From NCBI RefSeq assembly GCF_002105155.1, contig NW_019028979.1, forward strand, positions 1,488,001-1,552,000: DNA of 64,000 nt. The letters are read 5' to 3'. The translations under genes and the position numbers were made by a program. This document shows, piece after piece, positions 24,469-36,226 of the stretch. A model generated the notes under the pieces. That model saw only the letters and a list, made by a program, of their open reading frames with translations. It was not told where the DNA came from and ran no database searches. The number at the start of each line of letters is the position of its first letter. Within the stretch, counting starts at the first letter, position 1. The stretch is from Lobosporangium transversale (taxonomy: Eukaryota).

Positions 24469-25142
24469 ATGCATGAAATTACACCTGGACCAGTTTAAAG
24501 AGGACTGTTTGGTTTGTGGAAATGTAATACAAAATATTACAGCATTTAACCTGCATTTGGGTTATGGCATTGGCAGAAAAGAAAGATTTTAGTCGCGATA
24601 TGAACATGAAACAGGGGCGTGATCAGACACAAACAATCCAAAGATTCAAATCAAATAACGAAACACTATTGCCTAAACACTAGGACATTCCATAGTCTAA
24701 TCAACACGCAACCAATGAGATGAGTATTCACATTGATCCATTATATTAAATTACTATAGTTTCCATCTAGTCATCAATGGGTCCATATTAGGGCTGCCAG
24801 CCGCTTCTGCTCTTCTACCTGGAGGCATATATATATGATGGCCTCCTTTCCTGCCCCCCTCCCCTTCTCTCGATTTTTTTTTTTTTATTCTCTCACTCAA
24901 CTCATATTCAAACAAAAAGACTCATCCCTCCTCTTTTTGTTCTTCGTCTCCTCTTACGACTTCTTTCCTCCCTCCCCCATCTCTTCCTCCTCTCCATCAC
25001 GATCATCGCGATCACTTATTACTACCATCACCACATCCTTTCTGGATCCCCCAGTCCCAACTTGTACAGTTTTATATTTCCTTTTTATTTTTTTTTATTT
25101 TTTTTTTCTCTTTATACATATTCATACTGAGCATACAGCATA

Positions 25143-26924
25143 ATGGCCCCGCATTCAACAATACTCGCATACTTTCTTTGCTTCACCGCCTTGTCCTGTC
25201 TTGCTCATGCAGCAGTTCATCTTCCAGTTAATACTGGAGCATATACCAGTGCATTCGTCGATGGCCAAGCCATGTACGTTGTCGACGATGCAGTCTCGGA
25301 CACCACTTCAAAAATTACTTTCCCTCCTACTTTTAAACTCGACTTGTCTGTCTCTTGGACCACAGCTGAGCCTGCCATCAAGAAGCTTTCTGATGGACCT
25401 AGCTCTCCTTACATGCCCAGCGCTTCCTCTGCAGATGGTCGTAGCTGGATTGTTCTGACTAGCAACGCCGGATACCTCTACAACTCTGAAACAGATGCCT
25501 GGTCAAAGGACTTTTCAATTCACAATCTTAACAATGATATCGGGCTCACAGCTGTCACAGACCCTGAATCTGAAATTGTTTACGTCCCCAATGGATATAA
25601 GAATGCATCCTCGGATTCCACCATGATGTTGACCGTAGATCCCAAATCTGCCAAGGCCCATCACATTGAGATGCACTCTAGCTTGAGCAAGAGTACCTTT
25701 TATTCCGCTGCCTGGAGCAGCTCTCTTCGTAGTATGGTCCTGATTGACGGTCAAACCACTACCGATACCCTGCATACCTACAGTCCAGCAGATGGCTGGA
25801 AGACTGTTAGCACCACTGGCACTGCTCCCTCTGCGCGTGGCCGAGCCTGCTTTGTCCCTATCAATGGCGGCTCAAAGATGGTCCTGTTTGGCGGATACTC
25901 GGTTACGGAAGACAAGGCCTTCAACGATATCTACATTCTCGACACTGCTTCAATGACCTGGTCCAAAGGCAGTGATGCTGCACTGGACAACGCCCGCGGA
26001 GGTGCTGCCTGTGCTGCCTCCAACAACCAACTCATTGTCATCGGTGGCGCCTCTTTTGCTACCATCGCTGATGCTGCACTCATCTATGATTTGTCGGCCG
26101 GTGCTTGGACAACCAATTACGTTGCTTCGGGCTCTGCTCCTAATGAGAGTAAGCGTACTCTAATCATCGTTGGCGGCGTTATTGGCGCCTTGCTTGTTCT
26201 TGTAGCCATTGCTGGTCTTTGGCTTTACCGTTCCCGTTCCAGACGAGTTGCACCCAGACGTGGTTGCATTGAGAAGCCTGGTTACTACCCTCCAAGAAGC
26301 CCTACCCTGGTCAATGCCTCTACTTGCGCGCTGGATCCCAAGAAAGAGTTTTACGATGACCTTGATTTTACCTCTGCTTACGGTGCCGAGACTATTGGAT
26401 ATTATGCTCGTGGTAACAACTCTCAGGAGACCTTGCCTGTGTCCGAGGATACTGAGGAAAAGGTTGTTGTCAAGCTGAGGGCTAGTCGCCTTGTGACCAA
26501 TGCCAGCCGAGACTCTTTCTTTGGAAAGATCAAGAGACATAGTGCTCAGCAAATGCTTAATAACATCCAGACTTTCCAGGAACTGCAAGAGCAGTCGCAA
26601 GATTCACAAGATGAAGAACATATTGGTGCTCGCCCTCTTCGTCCTTCCAAATCCATCAAACGAATGAGTTCTCAGAGCACTGCAAGCTCGCACAGTTCCC
26701 GCTCCCGCCGTAACTCTCGTGGTGCTTCTCCCACTGTCGTTTCTCCTCCTAATCTGTTCCAGAACGGTATTCTTGAAGAAGAAGAGGCTGAGGAGGGCGA
26801 ACAGCAGAAGGCTAAGGAGGGTGGTCGTGGAATGTACAGACTTCCTTCAGTGCGCTATGGTTCAAAACTCTTCCAGCCTCCCCCCAAGACCCCTGAGGGT
26901 GACATGCCTGGTTCATACTTTTAA
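25143..26924 (+). CDS. Signal peptide + Kelch-type beta-propeller + single TM + long cytoplasmic tail (593 aa, intronless); paralog of 22022-23233
   Basis: Shares LDLS.SW, DGP, GYLY, GL.A.TDPE...YVPNG, YSAAWS, VLFGGYS, NDIY.LD, AACA.SN with the upstream gene; TM IIVGGVIGALLVLVAIAGLWLY. Confidence 0.9.
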   Translation: MAPHSTILAYFLCFTALSCLAHAAVHLPVNTGAYTSAFVDGQAMYVVDDAVSDTTSKITFPPTFKLDLSVSWTTAEPAIKKLSDGPSSPYMPSASSADGRSWIVLTSNAGYLYNSETDAWSKDFSIHNLNNDIGLTAVTDPESEIVYVPNGYKNASSDSTMMLTVDPKSAKAHHIEMHSSLSKSTFYSAAWSSSLRSMVLIDGQTTTDTLHTYSPADGWKTVSTTGTAPSARGRACFVPINGGSKMVLFGGYSVTEDKAFNDIYILDTASMTWSKGSDAALDNARGGAACAASNNQLIVIGGASFATIADAALIYDLSAGAWTTNYVASGSAPNESKRTLIIVGGVIGALLVLVAIAGLWLYRSRSRRVAPRRGCIEKPGYYPPRSPTLVNASTCALDPKKEFYDDLDFTSAYGAETIGYYARGNNSQETLPVSEDTEEKVVVKLRASRLVTNASRDSFFGKIKRHSAQQMLNNIQTFQELQEQSQDSQDEEHIGARPLRPSKSIKRMSSQSTASSHSSRSRRNSRGASPTVVSPPNLFQNGILEEEEAEEGEQQKAKEGGRGMYRLPSVRYGSKLFQPPPKTPEGDMPGSYF

Positions 26925-27378
26925 ATATAATAATTTCACTTTGTCACATTCCTCTTCATCTTCCTACCATATCAAGGCTCCATCACCTTTTTTTTTTTTT
27001 TTTTATTATTATTTTTCCCTCTTTTATTTTTTCCTTTTACATAGACTCGACCGTGGGTATTGTTTTGTATATATTATCTATCATTCCCAGAAAAAAAAAA
27101 AAAAAATCTTTTTCTCAATAAACTTGTATGATATGCATAAAAAAAAATTTTTTTTATGACCAAATATTTGAAATAAACCTTTTTTTACATCAGCAGACCC
27201 CCCCCACCTCATTTCCAGGCACACCAAGTGTCATAATCCAATTAAACAATTTAGATAAAGTTGTTGGAAAATCTTTTGGTGAACTTTAATAATCATACAC
27301 CCTGACGAAATGACTCCAAAGGGACACATACAAATATATTATAAAAAAAAATAAAAAAAATAAAAAAAAAGAGCTTTA

Positions 27379-29196
27379 TTAATCATCATCCAATACGTTT
27401 CGAATTAACTCTCGGATATGGCTACTCTCAGGCCGTCCAGATCCTGTCAATCGCCAGTCCGAGGGAGGGATAGAAGGCACAGCAATGTCTTGACTTTGCA
27501 AGCTTTGGACCGACATGGCAGGCGAGTCGGCATAGGCTTCGGATCCTGAGGGGACAGTCTCATAAGCAGAAGTAGTCATGGATGATCGCGTCCCTGTGGG
27601 AGCCACAACACTCTCAGTGCCCGTCACTGGGGAGTCACGGGCAGAGAGATACGTTTGACTGGGAGAGCCGACAGGCAAATAATAAAGCTCCTCGTCATCA
27701 TCATCATCACTAGACTTGTCAAGAACAGCAGCAACTGCCTCCTCCTCCTCAAATTCTTGTTTCAATGATAGCTGATGATTTACTGCAGCTGCAGCCGCAG
27801 CAATCGCCCCAGCATCAGAAGGTCCATCCAATGATTCTTGACTTGAAACTGACAATCGATTCACAAGGTCATACTGTTTCTTTAGAGCCTCATTGGTAGC
27901 AGAGGGAACAGGGAAGGGCAAAAGTGTAAGGCTCTGATCACTAATACGCTTATTAGGATCAGCACCTTGGTGATCACGGGCATAGGCTCCTGCACCAACA
28001 GCAGCAGCAGCAGCAGCAGCACCAGCGCCAGCGCCGGCCGCTGCCAGTGCATAGCCGTTTCCGTTTCCGTATCCGCTCCCGTTCCCACCAAAACCACTGC
28101 CATTATTAGCGCCATAGAGTCCAGAGGCAGAAGAACCATAGGCATGATGTAAGCTCGGCATGGAAGCATCATCTGCGCTAGTGACCATGTTTGAATCATA
28201 GGCGTAGCCATGCTTTTCAAGATTTCCTACAAGGTCGGAACGGTCTTGCTGTTCCTGGCGCATCCTCTTGCGTTTCCTAGTCATGACCAACCCAAAGACA
28301 ATCAAAGCCAAGGCGGCGACGCCTCCGACAGCGCCCAATGCGGCCGCAGGCACATTGGTGTTGGAAGACTTTTGACTCTCTGTGTCTGGTCTTTCCATCG
28401 GTGGCAATCCAGGGAGTTGAGTTCCATTAGGGTCAAAAGTCGTGGATGTTCCTGTGGGTACTCCAGTGATCTGGGCAGTTGTAGAGATTGCAATTATGGT
28501 TGATGTACCGGATATGACCGTACTTGTGTAGATAGGTGCTGGAGTCGGCTGAGTAGGGGGTATTTCTGGACTAGACTTTGGGGGATCCGGATTTGAAGGA
28601 TTTGAAGGATTTGGTGGTTCTACCGGTGGTTCCACTGGTGGTTTCGTGGGTGGATGCGTAGGTGGCTGTGTAGGTGGCTGTGTAGGTGGTTGCGTCGGTG
28701 GTTGGGTGGGTGGAGGTTTGGTTGGTGGTGGTGATGGTGGAGGAGGAGGAGGAGGAGGGGGAGGCGGTGGTGGAGCCGAGATGGAGATGGAGTCACAGGT
28801 GGCGGTATATTTCCAGACAGCTGCCCAATGCAAGACATCATAGGCTTTGCCAGAATATTCAATATAGATTTGGCCATTACATGAGCTGTACGCGCTCTCG
28901 GGGATAGTCCATGACCCACCATTCGAAGTTCCAAATGATGCAATTTCGCCACCACCAGAGCAACTAACTTTTGCAGTGACCGAGTGGATATCCTTCGCCT
29001 TGGGCCACCAACCATTATCACTAAGCGATAGGCTAACTGAGTCTCCAACTTTGTAAGATCCAGAAGAGGGTGATTCACAGGTGATTTTGGCTTCCACTAC
29101 ATTCATCGTTGATGAAGAGAGGAGGGCGATCACTGCCGCAGTCGAGAGCAGTCGTGTGGCCGTTGAGGCCAATGACTTTTTCTTTGTGAAGGTCAT
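27379..29196 (-). CDS. Single-pass membrane protein: signal peptide, 4-Cys ectodomain, Pro/Thr-rich stalk, long cytoplasmic tail (605 aa, intronless)
   Basis: Signal ending VEA-K; Cys in ITC, VSC, SSC, ATC; poly-Pro and PPTQ repeats; TM AALGAVGGVAALALIVFGLVM followed by RKRKR. Confidence 0.85.
   Translation of the reverse strand: MTFTKKKSLASTATRLLSTAAVIALLSSSTMNVVEAKITCESPSSGSYKVGDSVSLSLSDNGWWPKAKDIHSVTAKVSCSGGGEIASFGTSNGGSWTIPESAYSSCNGQIYIEYSGKAYDVLHWAAVWKYTATCDSISISAPPPPPPPPPPPPPSPPPTKPPPTQPPTQPPTQPPTQPPTHPPTKPPVEPPVEPPNPSNPSNPDPPKSSPEIPPTQPTPAPIYTSTVISGTSTIIAISTTAQITGVPTGTSTTFDPNGTQLPGLPPMERPDTESQKSSNTNVPAAALGAVGGVAALALIVFGLVMTRKRKRMRQEQQDRSDLVGNLEKHGYAYDSNMVTSADDASMPSLHHAYGSSASGLYGANNGSGFGGNGSGYGNGNGYALAAAGAGAGAAAAAAAVGAGAYARDHQGADPNKRISDQSLTLLPFPVPSATNEALKKQYDLVNRLSVSSQESLDGPSDAGAIAAAAAAVNHQLSLKQEFEEEEAVAAVLDKSSDDDDDEELYYLPVGSPSQTYLSARDSPVTGTESVVAPTGTRSSMTTSAYETVPSGSEAYADSPAMSVQSLQSQDIAVPSIPPSDWRLTGSGRPESSHIRELIRNVLDDD
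28600..28775 (-). repeat. Coding tandem repeat: poly-Pro plus 12-bp units encoding PPTQ/PPTK/PPVE and NPS repeats
   Basis: GTAGGTGGCTGT-type 12-mers and GGA/GGT triplet runs on the + strand inside the 605-aa ORF. Confidence 0.85.
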
Positions 29197-30662
29197 TTTT
29201 TTGTTGGAGTAAATTAATTAGGCATTAGAGAGAGTGGTCTTTATTACTGTCAATTGACGAGGGAGGAGTAAAGGAAGGGGAAGAAGAAACGATTAAAGGC
29301 GAGCAAGTGAACTAGGGTATGGAGGGAGAGAGAGAAAAGATTTTGGTATCAGGAACGGACTGAATGAGCAAGTCGGAGTTCCGATGATAATTGATGGTCC
29401 TGGGGAGTTGATGGAGAGGGTAGAGAAGTGAGGTGGGAGAGAGGAGGAAAGATGGAGGAAGAAAGAAAGAAAAAAAAAAGGGGGGGAGAGCAAAAAGCGA
29501 GAACGAATCGAATAAAAAGAATGCAGTAGAAGAGGAACGGATTAAAAAAGGACTGGTTGCAGCGCCGCTCGCTCTTGTGATTCTCATGTCCGTACCAGAT
29601 GGATGGCTCTCACTCTTTAATGTCTCTCGTGGTTAAGGTTCCTGTTATCACCGCAGAAACATGCGTTGGCAAATTGTCAAGGTGCAACCTAGGGCTTTTA
29701 GTAGACCTACAGCCCCCCCCTCTCTCTCCACTCTGGAATGTTACGCTTTTTTACTCTTCATTGTCTCACTTTCTCCTCTTCCTCTTTCACTCGGTCTCTC
29801 TTAACGTCTTCTGTTAATCTTTTAAGACGAGAGAAAAAAAGCAGCTATTTTCATTGTCCATTGTCCTTAGCCTCCCTCCCCCACTTTTTTTTTCTTCAAC
29901 AAAACGGTCGTGTTCATTGTGCTGTAATTCTGTTTTTCTGTAATACTTTATCCTGAATCGCCTATTTGTTTGTTTGGTTTTTTTTTTTTTTTTTTTTTGA
30001 GAGCCCTTCATCTGGTGTTTTTGATCATTGACCCAAGCGTATAAAATCCTATCAGCATCGCTCATATTTTACACCCTTCATTGTGTATAAAACTGTATAT
30101 ACGAGAAAAATTTGACGTGTAAAGTGCATTTGCTCATCGCCTCTAGATCATCTTCTATTGTTCTATTGTCCATGTACTGTACTCGCTCCCCCCCCCCACA
30201 GCAACGCTTGGTATTATTAAAGCTTCTTCTGGTTACTGACTATTCCTATAACCCATACCTCAAATGTTAAAGCTTGTTCCTCCCCCCCCTACACTTTTTT
30301 TTTTTTTTTCTTTTTACATGTCAAGAAGCGATATCTCGACAATTGTTTTTTTCTCTGCGATTTATAATTAGGATCACGCTAGTTTTGGGTGTATATTTTA
30401 ACATGTATATATCGCCAATTTTATTTGGTCACGATACCTTATATTTTTAATCTAAAAACGATGATTGAATTGTTCTGGTGGCATCTCACTACGTGACGGA
30501 CTTGCAACAATACTCGTAACAAGCGAGCTAATTGGCTGCCAATACACTCGAAAGTATTCAAAAAATATAAGGTATCGCGACCAAATGAAACGGGCTATAT
30601 TATGCACGCACACAATAAAATTTTCTGTTGAAGCTGAGCTTGTCATATGCCTTCCAGAGAAG

Positions 30663-30693
<31 letters not shown>

Positions 30694-31024
30694 AAAAAAC
30701 CACCCCCACCCTCCATCATGTTTATTTCGTTATGATAGACCGTAAAGTTGAAGGGAAGAAAGGAACGGAAGGGATTTGCCAATCAAAAAGTTCAGCCTTC
30801 ATATGCAATAAAAATGCAGAGAGGGTCTTTGCGCATGTCAGAGCCATTATGTATTATATTTATTCATCTTTGGGCATTCAAGTGTTTCTTATTCTTTCCT
30901 CATTCATTTAAAAGGAAATGATCGATCCGTATTGTAATCAATATTATTAGTAAAATAAATAAATATGTATAAAAAAAAGTGCTACGACATTACTACATTT
31001 CAGAACAGGAGATACAATTACATT

Positions 31025-31064
<40 letters not shown>

Positions 31065-31120
31065 AAAGAGCTGTCATGATTAAAGAGAGAGTAGGGTAGA
31101 ATGAGGGTCTTTGATGGTTT

Positions 31121-32671
31121 CTATGAGCTTGGACCAAGGTTCCTCATGGGAATCTCCTGATATCCTTTTTCCTCCACTGGATGACCCTTCTCAGGCAAGA
31201 TAGCCTGTGGTGATCGTCCTGAGGAAGTGGTAGCAGTGCTAATCAAGGTCGTGGTGGTGATGTTGTTAGGTACTGATGTGGGACTCATATTTACGGATGG
31301 ACTCATTGGATGTGCATTAGCGTTGACGGGGGGTGGGGGTGGAAAATATCCAGGATGATGTTGCTGTGGTGGGGACGATTGCTGGTACGAGCCAGCATGG
31401 TATTGATCTGCTGTATTCATGCCTCCAGGGATATGGCCTTGTCCGTAACCTTGATTTCTTCCCTGAGCATAGTACGGATTATAATACTCATCCTCTGGTG
31501 GGGCATCATAACCATTGTTGCTGTCTCCGTATCCTCCTCCAGCACCCTGTTGACCATAACCTTTATGACCACCCTCTTGGTAGTATCCATGGGTTGGCTG
31601 TGGTATCTGAGGTTGGGGCTTGTTAGTGTAAGTCCTTGCTACGGCAGCGCCACTAACAACACCAGCTACGGTCGCAGGGCTAGAAACTCCAGCATCGCGA
31701 TGTCCCTCATCCATTGACGGCACTTTGGAGAACTGGTTGTTGGACTGGCTTGACCAAGGCATGATTGCATTTTCCATCCGCTTAATCCTTTGTTTACGAA
31801 GGTACCACCATGTCCCGAACGCCACCAGAAATAGTACCAGTCCTGCCATCTATGAAATATTTTATCCATTATTTATAATGATAAATATGTCAGCACCAGA
31901 AAATTTCCCGAAGGCAAAATAAAAAATAAAAAAAAAAAAAGAACCTTGGAACATAGTTGAAACAAATATAAACTCTTTTTTTTTTTTTTTTTTTTTTTTT
32001 AAGAAAGTGCGACTTACAATAGCTACGATCACAATGACAAACGTCTTTGGTTGAGAATCCTCACTGTCAGGAGTGGATGGGTCAGTGGATTCAGGTGAAG
32101 CGGAGGTTGAGGCCGATTTTGAGGCTCGTCTACTTGTAGTGCCTGATGTGGTGGTGGTGGTGGGCGCCAAGGTGGTGGTCGTTGGCGTAACGTTAGGAGC
32201 AGGCAAGATGGTGATGCTTTTACATTCAGCTCTGTAGCTTTTCTTGAAAAAATTTCGTACGGCCCAGTATTCACCCTCATAGAAGACATGGAATGAATTG
32301 TTCAGACATGTGCCTGTGGTTCCTCCAGGAACGGTGGCATTTCCAACGTTGGGTACAGTCCAGGTAAAAGGGGATGCCCACGTTGTGATCTCTGTGTTTG
32401 CAATCGATACTCCAGTGTCGCAAACGAGGGTTGCCCTCATCGATACGATATCTGCGACCTTTGGTGAGGAAGCATCCGAACTCCAATCTAAAACCAAGGG
32501 CTGTCCAGCTTCAAACGACCCAGAGTTGGGGGAAGAACAAAGGATATCGGCTCGAGCCACAGACAAGCATGTCATCAAGCATCCAGCGACAATAAGATAA
32601 ATGGATCTTCTTGAGCGACGCAAGGAAGAGTTTATAGGCCGCGATGAGGCCAGGGAATTTGGAGATGGCAT
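31121..32671 (-). CDS. Single-pass membrane protein, paralog of 27379-29196 (2 exons: 32671-32018, 31849-31121)
   Basis: Intron 32017-31850 (GTAAGT...ATAG) joins VIVIVAI|MAGLVLFLVAFGTWW into one TM helix; ectodomain ILCSSPNSGSF...LVC...TC...AECKSITI aligns with the neighbour; Gly/Tyr/Gln/Pro-rich tail. Confidence 0.85.
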
Positions 32672-33507
32672 CTCTTGAGGTTTCCCAGTCGATGGGTGTA
32701 TAGAAGATATTAAAGGGATAAAGGGAATTGCGGTGAAAGATTGCTCCTTGTTCCTGAATTTTATTTGTCGCACAGCGTTTTGTTTCAGAAAAACTTTGGC
32801 GTGTATACAGGGATAACACTGTGAGGCGTGGGAGTTGGAGTTGGGTGGTCTAATGCGTATATGCTAGATGCTATGAGGACGTGAAGTGTATGATAATAAT
32901 GGTAGTAATAAGGTGAACACTTTGCTATATGAGATGAGGTTGTTTTCGAATGAATGTGGGAAGGCGTCCTGCTCACTTTCTTCCTGAATTGAATGGGATG
33001 AGATGCAATGTAATTTGTACAAAAAGTATGAAGGGGTGATGGGAGAATGAGGACACAAATGAATGAAGGCAGACAAGAAAGAAAAGAAGGTAAAAAGGAA
33101 GAGCAAAGGGTCACATGAATACCATTAGAAAAGCAACATGCACTAAACGTGTTGCTTACCCACCATGCATCCCTGGGTACACCTCATTTCCCGTAATAAA
33201 TGCTAGTGTCAAGGGCATTTGGGCATTAGGGCATTCTTTAAAAAGAAAAAGCTCTCTTTTTTGGGGAGGGATCGAAATGTCGTTACACATCACCATATTA
33301 AATGTTATGGAGTATAAATAAGCAGTGCGCTGGTAAAAAATTAATCTTATCCAATTATTCGCAATATTTATTTTCTGTCTCATTTACATGGGTCTTGTAT
33401 AGGGACACAAAATATAGAATAATTGAACAAAATCACCGGACTCCAACGCTGGCGATGGTACCGCCTATGTACCTGGCCGCTTGGAGTAGCTCTATGTGAT
33501 TTTTTTT

Positions 33508-34603
33508 TTACTCATCATTATCGATTAATCCACTCAGGACGCGGAATACGTCGGTCAGGCTGACAACACCAACAGCACACCCGTTATCGTTCACTACCCA
33601 CATGCGATGAGCTTTTGTTGCCTGTAGTTTCGAAAGTGTGTAACCAAAAGTGGACTTTGCGTTCACATCAAGAATGGGGTATTGGTCCTATATTTGTTTC
33701 AGAGGGAGGGAAAAAAAATTGAGACTTTACGAGTTAGTCACATGTAAGTAGCGTCTTAATTTGTCTTTTCGAGGATCTAAACACGAAAGTAACTCTTCAC
33801 ATTTACCTCTCCGTTTTCGATACCTTGTGACAATCGGATCTTGCAGACAAGCTGGAAACAACTGATCCACAGCCACGATGTCCTTAAATTTTTCATGATA
33901 TGCTAATAAGAGAAATAGAAGTTTTTCATTTCAGGAACAAGTCAAAGCGAAGAAAAAAAAAAAAAAAAAAAAAAAAAGAGGTAGCATAAAACCTACTTTG
34001 ATATCAGTCATACTGATGTTGCCTAAAAGCATACCCTGATCATCAAGGACTGCAAGGGAAGAGACACTATTTGTACCTACACGAAAGAGCTCATGATAAG
34101 TACATATACAAATGGTGATTGAAAGGGTAATTACATCTCTAGACATATTTAACGTACTCATTGAAACCAGAGCATCCAAGACCTTTTCTTCACCGTTCAC
34201 AGATAGGACCTTGCCACTGGCGAGGCCACATTGTTGGAGCTATATATATATAAAGATTGTCTTCAGTTTCTGCATTTCAATTCAACTACACCAATGCAAT
34301 TGGTTATTGTCGCCTACACTCTTTTGCATCACGGGCTGCAACTGGGGATATTCGCTCAGCTACAAGTTGATAGGGATGAGAGAAAAAGGTTCAAAAGGAC
34401 TGTTAAGCATTAAGGGTCGCTGCTTTTGCTAATCCCGGTAAAAATATATGGACACAGGCATAACAATCGCATTGTCCAAGTTATAAACGTTACATGACGC
34501 ATTAAATAGTCCAGAGTCGATGATTGAGACAAGATGCCCTTCATATTGCCCTCCGCATCCATAACAGCCACTATTGATAGCACAGGATATAGAGATCAAT
34601 GCC

Positions 34604-34637
<34 letters not shown>

Positions 34638-35427
34638 CTTGATGCTCATAATATCATAATACCATTTTCACGAAACTACAGACTTTCACATGGGACCTAC
34701 CGCGATGAATTCCTGTACCAAAATCATGCACCACGGCCCCTAATCTAGAGTCTGCCATGACTGTGCAAAATGGATCTTTGCCTGACAAATCTAGAAAATT
34801 TTCAAAAAAAAAAGTTAGTCTGCAAAAACCAGTTTGTTGTTGTTCTGAAATGTTTCATGAGGATAGAACAAGGTTATAGGCATGACTAACCAGAAGCCAG
34901 TTTTACAGGGACGTTCTGACTATTGCTCGTCCGCTGGATCAGATCACGCATCTCCATGGTTTGATCCTCAAGGGGAACCTCCATCTTTTTCAACAACAAT
35001 AGAATGTAGGTCATCAAGTCTCCATAGTCAAACATCCCGACATACATCTTCTTGGTGTTATCATAGACAGGCGCAGACGTGATCCCATTGTTCAGTAACA
35101 CCTATCATTCAGAAAAACATCCAGAGTTCATCAGTGATCAGATCAACTCTTTCTTTTTCTTTTTCTTTTTCTTTTTCTTTTTCTTTTTCTTTTTTTTTTT
35201 TTATTTGTACAATCAAGTTGAATATCCTTGTGAGACAATCCTGCCGTTGTTCTTTAGAAAGAAAAAAAAAAATCCATGACTCATGCAGGTAGAAATAATT
35301 GTCTATTTTCTGGGGTTTGGAGCAGTAAACCGAGTCCTCATTTTACCTCGCAAGCATCTTCCACAGTGGCATCAGCATCACTAAGGAGAGTTGAATGAGT
35401 TTGTTGGTTAATTCCTTGTCTCGCGTG

Positions 35428-35458
<31 letters not shown>

Positions 35459-35624
35459 TTTTTTTAGAAATGAATTCAAAAAAGTCGAAAGGATTGGCGT
35501 ACATGGTGACGAGCTTTTGCTTTTCTACAAGTGTACCAACTTTGACCATGGTCCAGTCGTGGGAGGTAGTGGTTAGACCCTCTCGATGTTGTCGTTGATT
35601 TTGAAATACTCTATCGGTTCCCAT
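33508..35624 (-). CDS. SDS23: CBS-domain protein, Sds23/Sds24 (Moc1)-like, about 10 exons
   Basis: DW...LVTI|DADATVEDACE|VLLNNGITSAPV, GMFDYGDL, GIHRVAV, GILSQS, SSLAVLDDQGMLLGNISMTDIK, AHRMWVV, GVVSLTDVFRVL; four CBS repeats. Confidence 0.82.
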
Positions 35625-35657
35625 TATTGTTTATGATGAGTGTTGAAAGTTGGGAAG

Positions 35658-35701
<44 letters not shown>

Positions 35702-35703
35702 TC

Positions 35704-35730
<27 letters not shown>
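35658..35730. repeat. (AAT)n microsatellite followed by a poly(A) tract
   Basis: About 14 AAT units at 35658-35700, then a long A run. Confidence 0.9.
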
Positions 35731-35735
<5 letters not shown>

Positions 35736-36226
35736 ATTGAATGAGATGGACAATGGAAAAAAAAAAAAAAAAAAAAAAAAAAAGAAACGATTTTATTGCC
35801 AAAAAGCTGACACGAGGGAAAATCTGTACTCGTGCAACCATTGGATGGAACAATGTCTGTCACCAAACCGAGCGCTTCGCCGAGAGCCAGAACCATTTTT
35901 TTTTTAAATACCTCTCCCCCCCAAAGCAATACAGCTAGGACCAATGCAAACATAAATATATATATATACATGTATATAAAAGCTCCCTCGAATCCACAAT
36001 AAACTGGAATATTGACATTCTAATCTGAAGGAAATACTGCACACAAAAAGACCAAAGCCATTGGACACATGTTTGATAAAGAAGCTCATGTCAAGTGCTT
36101 ACGAGCTTGGGTAAAACGTCATTTTATGTTCAAATGTATGAGATTTGGATATTTAACAGTTGCTAGTAAAATTGGCTTTTTTATTTTATTTTATTTTTTT
36201 ATTTTCCAACAAGAGAACAGTACTGC

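Noticed and set aside
28620..28907. Alternative-frame ORFs such as GGCV repeats and His/Leu-rich frames
   Set aside because: Shadows of the Pro-rich repeat of the 605-aa gene.
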